The position numbers were made by a program, and so were the translations under genes. A stretch of DNA of 64,000 nucleotides from Octopus vulgaris (lineage: Eukaryota), in contig OX597816.1 of NCBI GenBank assembly GCA_951406725.2, positions 95,356,001 to 95,420,000 of the forward strand, read 5' to 3'. Shown here piece by piece: positions 40,720-55,774 of this stretch (positions within the stretch are counted from its first letter, which is position 1; every line of letters starts with the position of its first letter). The notes under the pieces were generated by a model. That model worked only from the letters and a program-made list of their open reading frames with translations, ran no database searches and was not told the DNA's origin.

Positions 40720-41530
40720 TTCCTGCATGGACGTCTAAAGGACTGCAGGATTTGTTTCTCTCTCTCTACTATATTTTCTCTTTTTAAAGAAAATATTTTT
40801 CCTGGTGTTCATTATTTTCCGCTCGTTCTGGTCTAAGGACTTTCCATGTTTGTTTTCGTTCGATTTCCTTCTATGTCTCCACTCTGCTGTTCCTGTTCAC
40901 AACTTTGACCCTACATAAATACAAAATTTTATTTTAGATTTAATGGGAGGAACTGTTTTGAAGATACATGCTGTTGTTGAATGCTCGAAATGAAGAGTAG
41001 ACAGAGAACCGACAACTGATGTAGGGTCGCTTCTCTATGTTTATGTTTTCCTGTTTTCCAGTTTTTGTCTCGTTAACTCGTTTGTCTAAGGATTTCCTGT
41101 TGCTTACATAGTTGGTAACGCGCTGAACTCGCTGTACGGCAACAAAGACAAAAGCAAACAAACAAACAAAAAAAAAACAGACAACATGGTACAGAATTAC
41201 GAATACAAACCACAAGAAATAACAACAGGCGTCTTTCGACTGAAAACGATTCAAATTGAGCTGGCGTTTATGGAGTGAAAACCTAAAGTCAGGAACATGG
41301 GAGATGGACTGAAGACGTATTGACGGCGGCAGTTAGGCCAAAAAGAAAGATCATGACTGACCGGACACCGGTCACGTGGAAAGAGGAGAAATGGGCAGGG
41401 GACATAGGGATTAAAGGATTAGATAAAATATCAGACAAAGGGAAAGGTGCAGGAGACATAAAAGAGTGGGAAATAGTGGGAGTTCTCTTCCTTTTTTTTT
41501 TCTTTCATTCCTCTCTTCCTGTTTCTATTT
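40720..41530. mobile_element. PLE-type repeat family, also at 54480-55210 (inverted pair) and 57000-57140
   Basis: Shared ACTTTGACCCT..AT.AAT.CAAAATTTTATTTT and CGACAACT..TG motifs; degenerate HHR-like motif at 40953-41004 (CTGTT TTGAAGA...GAAA..GTA GACAG). Confidence 0.6.
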
Positions 41531-41886
41531 GAACATACTAATACACTCCCTATTCCTTGGTCGTTTTAAATACGAACCTTTAACTCTGCAACACTGTATA
41601 TAAATTCCCTACTGGGAATGACCAAGTTTAGAAATCTGCTGGATCTCACTCATAAGGGAATCTTACATTGCTTATAAACTCTATATTTGGAAGGACTCAT
41701 ATTAAACTCTGTTGGGTTTTTTGATTTTACTTAAAGGATATTGGAATATCGCATATATACCATAATGCCTATAAAATGCATCTACAACTTCAACACCCAT
41801 ACATATCTTGCATCTATTTTCTTTCCTCCACCTCACTCTCTATTTTGTATCACATCTAAACTATGACTTAACTTTCCTCTCACACC

Positions 41887-41938
41887 GACTCCGATGAAGG
41901 GATATTATTAATTAATATCCTAGAAACAGCTGTAAGAC
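41887..41938 (+). ncRNA. Degenerate hammerhead (U4C)
   Basis: GACT CCGATGA A GGGATATTA..TAATATCCT A GAAA CAGCTG TA AGAC; palindromic stem III ACAGCTGT. Confidence 0.65.
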
Positions 41939-42783
41939 CTTCTATCTATAAAAGATCTAATATCTATACAACCTTGATTTTTCATCTTATTACGCAAACG
42001 ATTTTTATATACACATGTTGACATAGAACCAACGTTGAACCCTTTATTCGCAATTTTACTGAATCTGGAACTTAACTATGGTCTGTCTATAACACTTATT
42101 CAGCATTACCTGACACCTTTGGGTCTCAATGACACGATTATCTCTTATAACCTCAACTACACCCACACACCCACACCCACACCCACACACACACACATAC
42201 ATACATATATCTATATATGTATATGTATGTATGTATATTGATATGTATATTTCTATCTTCTCTATAATTCTGAATTATTTTTCATTATTTTTTCTAAAAT
42301 CCCCTAGTAAACACGGTTATATAGCGTGCATACCGAGGTAGGTATTGGCAAAAACACACCTTTAGTTCATATAAGTAATCTCTATCATTATATACAATTT
42401 AAACATTAATTTTCTTTTTATATTTAACAGGAGACGATGTTCTCCTGGTGCTACAAGCTACAGTAACACCCACCCTTAGTGGTTAGCCATATTCAGATGG
42501 CTAGTATACCTTACATTGTCGTGCAGTTACTGTTTACACCTCGTTCAGAGATTTATTATTGCTTATATATATTTTGCTAGTTCATAAGATTTTATTTAAT
42601 ATACATATAGTTATATACTTCTCATTTATTTAACTTTTCCTTAATTTATCACTCCTATTTCTGTAGGCTACCTCTGACGTTATATGATAACGTTTTTCAT
42701 ACAATATTAATAGCGTCCAGTAAATCACTATACATATCCATCATTTTCTGTTAAAATGTCTTATTGACGAGTTTCATTTCTTC

Positions 42784-42872
42784 ACTTCCCTGAAGAGAAG
42801 ATTACATTGTTTTACACCATTTTATTCCTTTGGAATAATATCAGTGATATCTTCGAAACATGTGTCGGAAGT
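42784..42872 (+). ncRNA. Type I hammerhead ribozyme, canonical core
   Basis: ACTTCC CTGAAGA GAAGAT...ATCTTC GAAA CATGTG TC GGAAGT; 6-bp stems I and II; GUC triplet; (TA)n about 35 nt downstream. Confidence 0.87.
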
Positions 42873-43149
42873 AAAAGTATTTGAATTACACCTGCGTTAA
42901 ACTCCACGTATATATATATATATATATCACAATTAAACAGCCGAAATCTGCGATGATGAATCGGTTTCTGACTGAAGAACGAAAGCTTTGAATGACCTGT
43001 CTGTCTCTTACGTTCGTCCCTTAGTGTATTTCACGTTATTTATATATGTAAAGGTTTATATTATTATATATATATATAAACAGTTTCACATTAATCTGAT
43101 TGCTTACTGTATACTTTTGTAGAGTACAAATTTATTATTCTTAAACAAG

Positions 43150-43692
43150 AATGTTGTAGACCTTGACTTCGAACTTTCGGCCAGCTAAACTATCTTCGGA
43201 CTTCGATGCGTTAGAGTTAGTCTTGTTTTTTATACAGTCTCTGTTGAGTTGAAATATTCCTTGGGTGTATGGGTTTGAGTGGGGTGGTAATTGGGTTTTT
43301 GTTTGATTGTTATGATGAGATGTTTTGGAGAAATTTTAATTGGTTTATTTTGAGTTTATATTATTATTTAGAATTTATTCATGTATGTAGAACTTTGTTT
43401 ACAAAGTTCTACATATATGAATAATTCTAACTCTGTTTATAAAGAACTGCATAAAAGAATAAATCTAAATAATAAAGATAACTCCAAATTAAATCAATTA
43501 AACTTTCTCCAAAACATCTCTCCTTAGCAAACATAAAATATCTAATTATCACAACCTAGTTTATATTTATATCCCACACAACCAAGTTATATTTTAACTC
43601 AACAGAGACTATATAATGGCAAGACTCACTCAATGCATTGAGTATAGTGACAGTTTATCTGGCCGAAAGTTCGAAGTCACTGTCTACAATAG
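43150..43692. repeat. Diverged fold-back inverted repeat, PLE-type
   Basis: GACTTCGAACTTTCGGCCAG and AGTCTCTGTTGAGTT pair with CTGGCCGAAAGTTCGAAGTC and AACTCAACAGAGACT. Confidence 0.8.
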
Positions 43693-43774
43693 TGATTCCA
43701 AACCTGGAGTTGGCGGACTTCTGTTGGTCCGCAAAGATACCACTGGGGATCCATGAACTCAATTCAAAACTTCA

Positions 43775-43849
<75 letters not shown>

Positions 43850-44279
43850 ATACGCATATTAAAAGGGGTTCGTGGGAAGACTCGTTTAAATGGAACGGCT
43901 GGGAACCAATGTTGGGAACCACTGTGAAAAAGTAGTTGGGAACCAATGGTCTACAACATTCTTGCTTAAGAATTATAAATTCATCTATATAGATATCTGG
44001 ATAGATAGGTATTTCTCTGTCTGTCTGTCTGTCTGTCTGTGTATGTATGTATGTATGTATGTATGTATGTATGCACGCGTGCATGTCTCTCTATTTTCTG
44101 TTTTTGTATTGCAGAGACCTATCTTTCGTCTTTCTACATGTCTCTTCTCTCCTACTCTCTGCGCCCATTTCCTTTTAACACACCAATCCCCACTCCCTAT
44201 ATTTCACAGTTGCAGCGCTAACTGCCTGTCTCGCTTGACTTTATGGTATTTTCTGTGTCGCAATTTATCTCTAAGCCTA

Positions 44280-44652
44280 AGGCGGCGAGCTGGCAGAAAC
44301 GTTAGCACGCCGGGCGAAATGCTTAGCAGTAAATCGTCTGCCGTTACATTCTGAGTTCAAATTCCGCCGAGGTCGACTTTGCCTTTCATCCTTTCGGGAT
44401 CGATAAATTAAGTACCAGTTATGCACTGGGGTCGATGTAATCGACTTAATCCGTTTGTCTCCCCTTGTTTGTCCTCTCTGTGTTTAGCCCCTTGTGGGCA
44501 GTAAAGAAATAGGTATTTCGTCTGTCTTTACATTCTGAGTTTATCTTTCATCTTTTGGGTCGATAAAATAAGTACCAGTGCATACTGGTGTTGATCTAAT
44601 CGACTGGCTCCCTCTCCCAAAATTTCGGGCCTTGTACTTCGAGTAGAAAAGA
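44280..44652 (+). mobile_element. SINE family B with internal partial duplication
   Basis: GGCGGCGAGCTGGCAGAAACGTTAGCACGCCGGGCGAAATG...CTGAGTTCAAATTCCGCCGAGG; related copy at 52700-52917 (minus). Confidence 0.85.
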
Positions 44653-44879
44653 ATTTATCTCTAGGCTCTGTTACATACATACATACATACATACATACGT
44701 ATGTTTTCTGTCTGTCTGTCTGTCTGTCTGTCTGTATGTATGTATGTATGTATGTATGTATGTATGTATGTATGTATGTATGTATGTATGTATGTATGTA
44801 TGTATGTATGTATGTATGTATGTATGTATGTATGTATGTATGTATGTATGTATGTATGTATGTACATACGTACGTACGT

Positions 44880-45375
44880 ACGTAAAAAGAGGTTTAAGGA
44901 CAGCACAAGGATTACCATGAAGTCACTTATAATGGATCCAAAGGCCACAGAAATCCTGGCTTTGGATCGAGCTGGATGGCGAACAAAAGTGTGGAGTGGA
45001 GTGAAAGCGTTTGAGGTTGCAAGACTCAAGAAAGATTTAAAGAATGTTGCGATCGAGATGGTGACTCTCAGTGAACTTTTTGTGTGCACAGTGTTTGACA
45101 GACCATTGCCTTTCTTTTGCTGGACTCAATTCTCATTTGCGGACCCATGAAAAACGAACATCCACCAAATATTCTGCTTATATATCTGTGCACACCTTTC
45201 AATGCCGTGTATGCGATAAGGTCTGCAATTCTAACAAGGCCTCAAACGACATTTTAAGATATACAAAGGTCATAACTGCAGCTCATGGTGGACCAAATCG
45301 GATATGCAATCTTTGTGAGTGTCTTTTCAATTACATTGTCTGGTTTAAGAAGCCACATCAAACGCCACAATGATT
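44880..45375 (+). mobile_element. RTE-like LINE 3' end with several degenerate C2H2 fingers
   Basis: LALDRAGWRTKVWSGVKAFE, CLSFAGLNSHLRTH and CRVCDKVCNS; related remnant at 47340-47650. Confidence 0.7.
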
Positions 45376-45389
45376 ATATATATATATAT

Positions 45390-45942
<553 letters not shown>

Positions 45943-46437
45943 ACGTACGTATGTCTATGCTATTGAGAATATTGGAAAATCAATGTTTCGCAGTGGCTAG
46001 AAGCATCATCCAATGTAGGAGTCCTATATTTTAGGCGTCTTGTTAAATGAAGTTTGAAGATTGTATTTGTGTGAGTATTATTTTTGAATTGTGTCTACGA
46101 TTTAGTCTACTTCTAAAAGATGTTTCTATGCTTATTTGTTCTGTTTTATTTTTTTGAATGTATTGGTTTCGTTGTATGAATGTGTGAGGGTGATTGTTAT
46201 ATTTATATGTAAAATTCAGTTAGTAGTTTCCTGAGTAGAAAGACATACATATAATGAGAACAGAGCTTGTCTTAAATTTTGTTATTGAACGTGCTATTCA
46301 TTAATGTTTGAAAAAATTATTTTTGAGGTGTCATTTCAAGTTGGAGACAAAATTCAGTTTTGAAAGTTAACGCTTTTAGCCAGATAAATTTTATTATGGA
46401 CTAAATATCTAGAATTATAGATAAGAGTGGTGAAGCT

Positions 46438-46762
46438 GCATAGCTCAGTGGTTAGAGTGTCGGGCTCACAATCATGAGGTTGTGAGTTCGATTACCGTGC
46501 TTTTGAGCAAGGCACTTTATTTCACGTCGCTCCAGTTCACTCTGCCGTAAAAAGGAATTGCCATGTCCCTGGTGCCAAGCTGTATCAGCCTTTGCCTTTT
46601 CCTTGGATAACATCAATGGTGTGGGGAGGAGAGGCTGGTATGCATGGACGACGGCTGGCCTTCCATAAACAACCTTGCCCGGACTTGTGTCTCTGAGGAG
46701 AATTTTCTAGGTGCAATGCTATTGTCAATCATGACGTAAGGGTTTCTTTAACCTTTTACCTT
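46438..46762 (+). mobile_element. tRNA-derived SINE (family C)
   Basis: Head GCATAGCTCAGTGGTTAGAGTGTCGGGCTCACAATCATGAGGTTGTGAGTTCGATT; related heads at 52295 and 53310. Confidence 0.8.
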
Positions 46763-47242
46763 AGATGAGAGAGATAAAAGTAAAGGTTTAGAGTTTAGTA
46801 GTGTCACCGATTAAAGTAGAGCCTTTGAAGATAGTGGGAAGTATTCAATACTAGTGGTATATTCTCCACTTGATACAAATGACGTAGCGCTCACAGCAGC
46901 TTTGAAGAGAAAAAGTGTCAATGTTTTAAGTTCCAATTGTCAGTCATGCTTACAATATTTTTTTTAGGGATTATTGTCTGGGGTGTCCTTTTTGTTGTCA
47001 TGTTTGTGGTAGTACGTAGGAGGGTTAAAAGACAATGATGTAAATGACTAGAAAGTTCTGAGGATAATGGAACTCATTCCGCGAGGTATACCGATTTTAT
47101 TGTTGATACATATACATATGCATATATATGTATATACATATATGTATATGTGCATATGTATATATATATATGCATATATATGTATATATATATGTATATA
47201 TGTATATAGGTATCTATGTATATATCGATGTATATATATATA

Positions 47243-47297
<55 letters not shown>

Positions 47298-47659
47298 ATA
47301 TGTATATGTAGATGTATATTTATGTATATATAGATAGGTAATGATCTTGGATACCTTCCGCCTCTTACAACTTGTGCCATATGTCATATGTCAAAAAACT
47401 CGTAAGACAATATCGGGATTTAAAAGACACATGCTAGTTCACGAAAACTCTTCCAGAATCATATTCCTAAGGGCAAAGATATAGAAGAAACTTGAATAAT
47501 ATCTGTCACGTGTGTTACAAAACCTGCCATTCAGTAGCTGGTCTTAAAAGTCCTGTAAGAGCTCATCAACGGAGTGATTGTGCTGTGTTATGAGGTGTGG
47601 TGTGTGTGTTGATGGGACGGCTATCATCTCTCAAGATGAAGCAATCATCACATACTTAT

Positions 47660-48290
47660 ATTTATATAAATATAGGATAGTGGTACAACAATACCGGAAA
47701 TAGCTGTCGATAATATACGACGCTATAGTAAAGCTTCACTGAATATATATATACTGGCAAAGATGTTTCATCTTACCTGTTATAAGACATTAAATAAATG
47801 TACAACCCAGATGTGGATAATCTAGGACCTAGGTCTCGAACTTTCCAAATCACATTTGTTAACGTAAATTTAATTAGTTCTCTTCGGCTAGATTCACCTT
47901 GACAAAATTTCAAATGTCACTACATCAATGCCAAGATTGCTTGTCTGAACACCTAACTGTTAGCAGACCAAGAACAGTGAAAAAGTTTTCAAAGAATAAA
48001 AAGTTTTAAATAGTGCAATTCAGTAGTATTATTTCCCAGTAAAGCAAAGCATCATCAGTATAAATATAAATAAAAGATAGTAGTACAACAATACACCAAT
48101 ATTTACTGAAAATAGCAGTTGATCATATACAACGTTATAGTAAATGTTCACTGTGTATATATACAGGAAAAGATGTTTGCGGGCGGCGAACATAAAAAAA
48201 ATATCATCTTACTTGTAGGAAGAACATTGAATAAATCTACAACCCAGATGTAGATAATCTAAGACCTAGGTTTTGAACTTTCCAAATGAT
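47660..48290 (-). mobile_element. Penelope-type partial tandem repeat with degenerate hammerhead (47820-47893)
   Basis: 47665-47850 is repeated at 48060-48287; minus strand AUCUAG CCGAAGA GAACU..AGUUC GAGA CCUAGG UC CUAGAU. Confidence 0.7.
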
Positions 48291-48589
48291 ATATATATAA
48301 AGGGAAAGTTTACGAAAATAAACAAAAGACGAAGGCAGGTGGAGTACAAATAAACAAATGTATTAATATAGCGCTCACGAATAGAAAATATCTTTTACGT
48401 TTCCAGCCTACGCTCTTCTACAGAAAGATACACAGAAAAAAAACAAGGAGAGAAAAAGGAAAAATAAAGTGAAAACGAAAGGGACAGTTTTTACGAACAG
48501 TTCCAAAGTTTGTAGACGTCGTGGTGTATTTCAAGGATCACACACACACACACACATATATGTAGTTATATATACATATATTTACTACA

Positions 48590-48870
48590 CCCTCAAGCTG
48601 ACCAAGGCCTTGTCACTGGATTTCGTACACGGAAACTGAAAATTATTGTCGTATATAAGTGCATATATATGTGTGTGTGTCTGTGTTTGCACCCCCACCA
48701 TCGCTTGATAACAAATCTTGCTCTGTTTACGATCCCGTAACTTAGCGGTTCGGCAAATGACAACGACTAAGCTTACAAAGAATAAATCCTGGGATCGATT
48801 CCTTCGACTAGAGACGGCACTCCAGTATGGCTGTAGTTACATGACTGAAACAAGTTTAATAACAAAGACT
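48590..48870 (+). mobile_element. SINE family A
   Basis: CCCGTAACTTAGCGGTTCGGCAAA...ATGACTGAAACAAG. Confidence 0.75.
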
Positions 48871-48999
48871 ATGCCATTTTAATCCGAGCGATGCTGGGTA
48901 TCTCTGCTAGTCTCCTAAATTTTCTGGCCTTAGATATGATGCTCCAGTTTATAAGGGCATTGTCTACGAATCTGTTTTAAGGGTCTATATGAAATTGGA

Positions 49000-49640
49000 T
49001 AATGGTATGTATGTATTTTTAAAAGTTTTTTAACAAAATTGTGCTATGTGTATTTTTCTGTAAATATAATTCCATTCATTCCAATGTAAGAATTTTATTG
49101 TTCCGTCCTGGTAAATGAGGTTAATTTTGCACACTAATTCTACTCTCCAGAGGACAATTATCAGAGGTTCTAAAATTACAAGATTTAAGAGGGATGTTTC
49201 TAATGTTATTGCTCTTATTGTCACTGACAATCGTGGATCGGATGCTGGAGATGCAATAATAACTAATTTTAATCGAGTATCTATTAAATATCTTCTAATA
49301 CTTATGTGTGAGAAGTGGGTATTTATAGGTTTCAGAAATCGTGTAGCAATATTTTCAGCCACATTCATACTGTAGGGAAGATTATTCCATAATATTTTTC
49401 TATGTCAGTGTTCGAACTTTCTAACACGACGTTGAAATACGAGGCTGCCATTTTCAAAATTGCGTCATCAGAGGAAAGGTTGGAATAGCACCTAGAGATG
49501 CTATTAAATAATTGTTTGGTTAATAATGGTGGATAATTAGAGCCTCCGTCAATGTAGATGTCCTCATTTGGTTTACAGAGAGGCCTACTAAGATTCATAT
49601 TAATGTCTAGGAAATTAGCTTCTTTAAGACTGCTGATAAA
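49000..49640 (-). mobile_element. Degenerate Penelope-like RT thumb/linker fragment
   Basis: NFLDINMNLS, YIDGGSNYPP, SISRCYSNLSS and NVAENIATRFLKPINTHF. Confidence 0.75.
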
Positions 49641-49958
49641 AGTATTATTCTGTATAAATTTTTCTATATTGTGGCCTTTCTTATTATGTACTATACTTTG
49701 GAATGACGGTCTAGGAATGGTACATAATAACGCCTGTCAGCTTGTACTTCTATATTTCTTACTATGAATGAATATTGTATTTGTCTTGTTTATATATCGC
49801 AATGTATCTCTAATTGTGTTTCTATGTCATTTGTGCCCGCGCGAGAAAGAGAAAGTAGGAAAGAGAGAGCGCCTGCGAAAGAGAGAAATACAAATATCAA
49901 ATAGCTAATGTCATCCATCTCTATTTTATACATCTATAAATTTATCTATACATAATTC

Positions 49959-49989
<31 letters not shown>

Positions 49990-50712
49990 TGTATGAATGC
50001 ATATGTATATATATATGCTTGAATATAAATACGTACACACACACACAAACACTCACACAGACAGACAGACAGATAGACATACACACACTCACACACACAC
50101 ACGCGCGCGCGCAAAGATCTGCATTCCCTACAAAATACTCACAATGCTTGTACGAAAAACAATAGAATCATTGAAATTAGAACTCTGACAATATTTAATG
50201 AGACAGTGACATTGGACAGAGAAAACAACGGACAAAGGATAATTCTCTCTAAAAAGTAGATATATACCAATATCAGCTGCCTAGCCCAGCATCTGCGTAG
50301 TTTCTGTACCAAAAACCACTAAAACTCGATCTGACGGTGTCAACAGCGGCAAAAACGAATCTTAACGCTTCATGGAAACGCAGACAGAATTTGTGTTTAA
50401 AAAACTAAAAAAAAAAAGAACAATGAAAATAAGAAAAGAAAAGCAAAATAATAAATACAAGAAAAACGAAATGTTGCGTCTCTTTGATCAAAACCATACT
50501 AAAGAAATTTCTGCCTTCCTAAGGTTGAAAAAAAAAAACTTTCGGGAAGTTTACTTTAATAGACACATCATGCATAAATGAATAATGGTTTATGCACTCA
50601 CGTACGCACGCACATACATATGGTTTACAGACACACACACGATTATGCACACATACACACACTCGCGCGCGCAGGCACTGTGTCAGCGTATTTCATTTGT
50701 GTGTGTGTTTGC

Positions 50713-50772
<60 letters not shown>

Positions 50773-51959
50773 ATATATATATATATATATTTATATTTAA
50801 AATATATATATATATATATAGGTGTCTGTGTATGTGTGTGTATAATATATATATATTATAAACACACATACACTTTTATACATGTAAGTTTGCCAGTACC
50901 TTTCTATGTATACATACATATACACGCATACACACATGTATATACAGAGATAAAGGGAGACGTAGAGAAAAAGAGAGAGTGAGTGACATACAGACAGACA
51001 CTTCCACACGAAGAAGGAAAAGTGCAAATGAAAGAAAAATTGGTAGATAGTAAAGAGGAGAGGGAGAGAAGATAAGGAAGAATGAAATCTAGAAAAGAAG
51101 GGAAGACAACGGGACAAGCTACTACCGAAAAGAAACAAAGCAGGATTTGGGTTGACTTAGATTATCGATTCACGTCTCTTTTTATTATAATTGGGAAACG
51201 TTTAAACAATTTTTCAGAATACGTTAAGTCTTTTTTATATACATTCTGTGCCGTAAATGATATTACATTTTCGCATCATACTTTAAGGCTAAAATGAAAG
51301 ATTAAAGAAAACATATTTCTCAGATTATATTTAGTACTCTCAGCATATTTTCCACTATTCCTTCATTTCTCAAAAGAAAGAAAAATGTTAAAAAAAAAAA
51401 CCCCAGTTTTTTTGCGAAACTTATGTGTTTATTTCTTTTTACTTGAGATATTTCTGTAAGAACTCTTCATATTATTGTTAACATCACCGTGTTATTTGTC
51501 GTCGCTGTTAGTTAGAATATTTATGAGAAAGATTTGTTATTAAATTTACTAATGTTTTTTAATGTTCATTTTCAACTAGTATCATTCCTTTAATAAATAC
51601 TCGAATAACAAAATTGTTGAAGCCGTTAATGTGTTTTTTTTTCTCAGCGATTTGTGATGACTTGCAGTTAGAATGATTATCATCAAGAACAACAATTACT
51701 ATAACAACAACAACAACTACTACTAGAACGACTATTAATAGCTGTAATAACAGAGATATTATAGCTGAGAGCTATACAAATGTAAAATACAAATGTATTC
51801 TAAAATACAAATGTAGAAGTGATACAATATGAAATCACAGCACCGAATTTCAAAGGTTAGTGTGTGGGTCGACGTCCCAGAATCGAACACAATCCAGCTA
51901 TAATACTGCTTATACGAAAGTAAAGGAGAGAAATTTGTACACATTTTGTCTTTGATCTT

Positions 51960-53220
51960 TTATGGTAGTTATTGTGATGAGCGTTGTGGTGGCGGCAGTG
52001 GTGATGGATTGGTATTAAGAAAGTGGTGTTAGTAATGGTGGTAGTGGTGGTGTTAGTAATGGTAGCGGTGCTGGTGACATGGTAGTTGTGGTAGTGAAGG
52101 TATAAACAATAGGGAGAGAGGTGATAGTAATGTTGGAATTACTAGTATAGTAACTGGTAACAGTAGTGATGATGAGTGTTGTGATCGTGGGAGTGGTATT
52201 AGTAATGCTGGTGGTAGTTGTGGTGGTAGCTGTAGGAGCATAAATTATGCAGCTTGTAGTGATATTTTTGGTAGTGTTAGGAAAAGTGTATTGAGGGCGT
52301 ATGGCCTAGTGGTTCGAGCGTTGCACTCGCAATCGCGAAATCGTGGTTTCAATTCCCAGACCAAGTGGTGCGTTGGTGTTATGGAGCAAAACACTTCGTC
52401 TCACATTGCTATGCAATCGCTTCAACACCGGATGTGCGGTACTCAGTGCATCTGTTGAGGCAACGTCGATTTGATGGAGGGATTGAGCTAATGGGCGGCA
52501 AGAACATTTGAGTACTATAAACATATCATCTGAATGGTTGTTCTCGGACCACGGGAGACTACCAACGTCATTAGATAACAGGTAGTAGTATTAGTATTGA
52601 TAACAGTAATGGTGATGGTGTTCGAAGTAATGATCGCAGATGTATTACGGTTCGGGTGGCATTGGCAGGGGTAGCCGTAGCGGGAGTAAAAATAATATTG
52701 ATTTCAACTTTTGGCACGCGGCCAGAAATTTCAGAGGAGTGGGTAAGACGATTACACCGATCGCAGTGCTCAACTGGTTCTCATTTCATAGACTCTGAAA
52801 GGATAAAAGGCAAAAACAAACTTTTGAACCGTATCTAAACTGAAAACGTAAATACAGATGAAATACTGCTACGCATTTTGCCCGGCGTGCCAACAGCTCT
52901 ACCAGCTCGCCGCCTTTAGTGAGAGTAGAAATAATGTTAGTGGTCTTAGTTGTGATAGTTATGGTATTAGTTGTAATATAAGTGGTTGTTGCAGTGGTGG
53001 TAGTGTTACTGGAGTTATTGTTGTGATGATAATGGTGGAAGTGGCTCAAGCGTTGAGTTAGTGGTGTTCTGGTTGCGATATTAGTGAGAATAGTGGTGAT
53101 GGTGGCGATGACAGTAGTTGTAGTGGCGGCAGTGGTGGAGGTAGTGACGGTGGAGGGCGGCGGAGTGGTGACGGCGGCGATGGAGATGGTGATGGTGATG
53201 GTGATACAGTGACATAGTAA
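51960..53220. repeat. Degenerate (GGT/AGT)n low-complexity region interrupted by SINEs
   Basis: Direct reading. Confidence 0.75.
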
Positions 53221-53974
53221 TTGTTTAAAGAGACAGTTTTGCGGTTATTTGTCTGGATGATTATTGCTGTTTTATATCAAGCACAGGCAATCTATTTTTC
53301 AAAGTGGAAGCGCGTGGCTTAGTGGTTAGGCATGTTCGACTCATGATCGTAATATTGCGGTTTCGAATCCTGAACCGGGTGACGCGTTGAGTTCTTGAGC
53401 GAAACACTTAATTTCAGGTTGCTCCAGTCCACTTCGCTGGCAAAAATGAGTAATCTTGCGACGAACCGTTGTCCCATCCAGGTATATTCCCCCAGAATAT
53501 ACGCACCATGGAAACCGGGAAAACCGTCCATTACGAATCGGTATGACTCGAGAAATAAACTTTTCTAAATTTTTTTCCGAGAATCAAGATACATGAGACA
53601 TTGTTTCATCATCACCAGGGCCGTACTACCAAAAAGAAAAAAGGAGTTAAGGTAAGCTTTCTTTGGGCTAGCCATTCAGAAAGTCCTGCAAACCGCAGTT
53701 TACCCATGCGTTTTAAATCTTCCTCCTCAACTCTGTTTGTTACTTTGATTCAATCACAACCCTTCCTTTTACTAACTTTACTGCTCTTAAAACCCTACCT
53801 TGCACCACCGTTCTTTCTTTCTTTATAAATCCATACCTCACTAATTCCTTTTCTTTACCTTACCTCAATCAGGCAAAGCAAACTTCCAAACAGCATATCA
53901 GTTTACAAACTCTTATTCTCTTATTCCACATTTACCATCTCCCTGATACATCGCCATTCCAATCATCAACATTT

Positions 53975-54030
<56 letters not shown>

Positions 54031-54207
54031 GAATTTTCTCTGACTCTATCATTCCAGAAACTGATCTTTCATTTAATCGATGTCTGTGTCAGCGGAAGAT
54101 ATTTGTCTGCGCTAAAATCCTTCCAATTGTAAAACGTCAATTCTTAATAGCAACAGGTTTGTGTCTGTGTGCGAGTTTGTCTGCTTGTTTGTGAATCTAT
54201 TAAATAC

Positions 54208-54285
<78 letters not shown>

Positions 54286-54286
54286 G

Positions 54287-54335
<49 letters not shown>

Positions 54336-54396
54336 TTATCTATCTGTCTGTCTGTCTGTCTGTCTGTCTACTTATACATACATACATACATACACA

Positions 54397-54447
<51 letters not shown>

Positions 54448-55552
54448 ATATATATATATAATTGCATATATGGGTACAGGACGTCACCAACTGTGTAAAC
54501 AGCATGAAGTACGAAAACAAACGAGTTAAATACGCAAACAACAAGAGAAGGAAATGGAAAACAGGACAAGTAAGGGCAGAAAACGACCCACCAGTAGTTG
54601 TTGGCTGTCTATCTATTCCTCACTTCGAGTATTCAACGACAATATGAATCTTCAAAGACAGTTGCTCCCATTAATTCCAAAACAAAATTTCGGATTTATG
54701 AAGGGTCAAATTTGGAAACAAAAACAGGACAGTAGTGACATACAAGGAAACCGAACAAAAAGAAACATGAAAAGCCGTTAGGCCGGAACGAGAGGAAAGT
54801 AGTGAACGCTGGGAGAAATATTTTCTTTGCAAAGAGAAATGATAGAAGACAGAGAAAGAAGACGCCCAGTCCTTAGAACGCCGTGCAGGAAAAGAAAGAT
54901 GGTCACGTGAAGAAAAGAAAGACGTTTCTTTCTCTTCTACCTTTTCTCTTATGAAAGAAAATATTTCTCTCAGCGTTCGCTACCTTCTGCTCGTTCTGAC
55001 CCTCCATGTATGTTTTCGTTCGGTTTTGTTGTATGTTTCCACTGTCCTGTTTTTATTCCCAACTTTGACCCTCCATCAATCCAAAATTTTATTTTGGAAT
55101 TTATAGGAGCAATTGTCTTTGAAGACTCGAAATGAAGAGTAAATAGAAAGCCGACAACTAATGAATGATCGTTCTCTGTGTTTACTTGTACTGTTTTCCA
55201 TTTTCCCCTCGTTATATACCCTACGTACCGTGAATATATATTAGAAATGCCATAAGACTGTGGTATTCGTCCTCAGGAAGGTTCTCCTGTACTCATATAG
55301 AACAAGAAACCACAGAATATCAAAATAACTGCGGAGTTTGACCATTGCTGCTGGACTTTTTTTCGTCCACTGCTTATATACTGTTTTTAGCACTGTACCT
55401 CAATACGGGTATTCTTAACATATACCCACGCCATGTAGGATATAAAGATTGCTTTTTAGTACCAATACACCTTTCGTCGAAAATAACTACACACACACAC
55501 GCACGCACACATCCACACATGTTCACACACGCACATATGTATATGAGTGTGC

Positions 55553-55603
<51 letters not shown>

Positions 55604-55735
55604 TAGATATATACTAAGTAATTAAGGGTTTAGCAACGATTTGCCTCACCACACACTGAATTTAGAAATAGCAGTCAAAGAGTTATGGCTATTCTTTCTA
55701 CTTAAAAGGGAGATCCCAGTAAAACCACAGCACTT

Positions 55736-55774
<39 letters not shown>

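Noticed and set aside
46438-46500. tRNA-like sequences at SINE heads (also 25590-25665, 52295 and 53310)
   Set aside because: They run into SINE bodies and lack a complete cloverleaf, so they are not functional tRNA genes.
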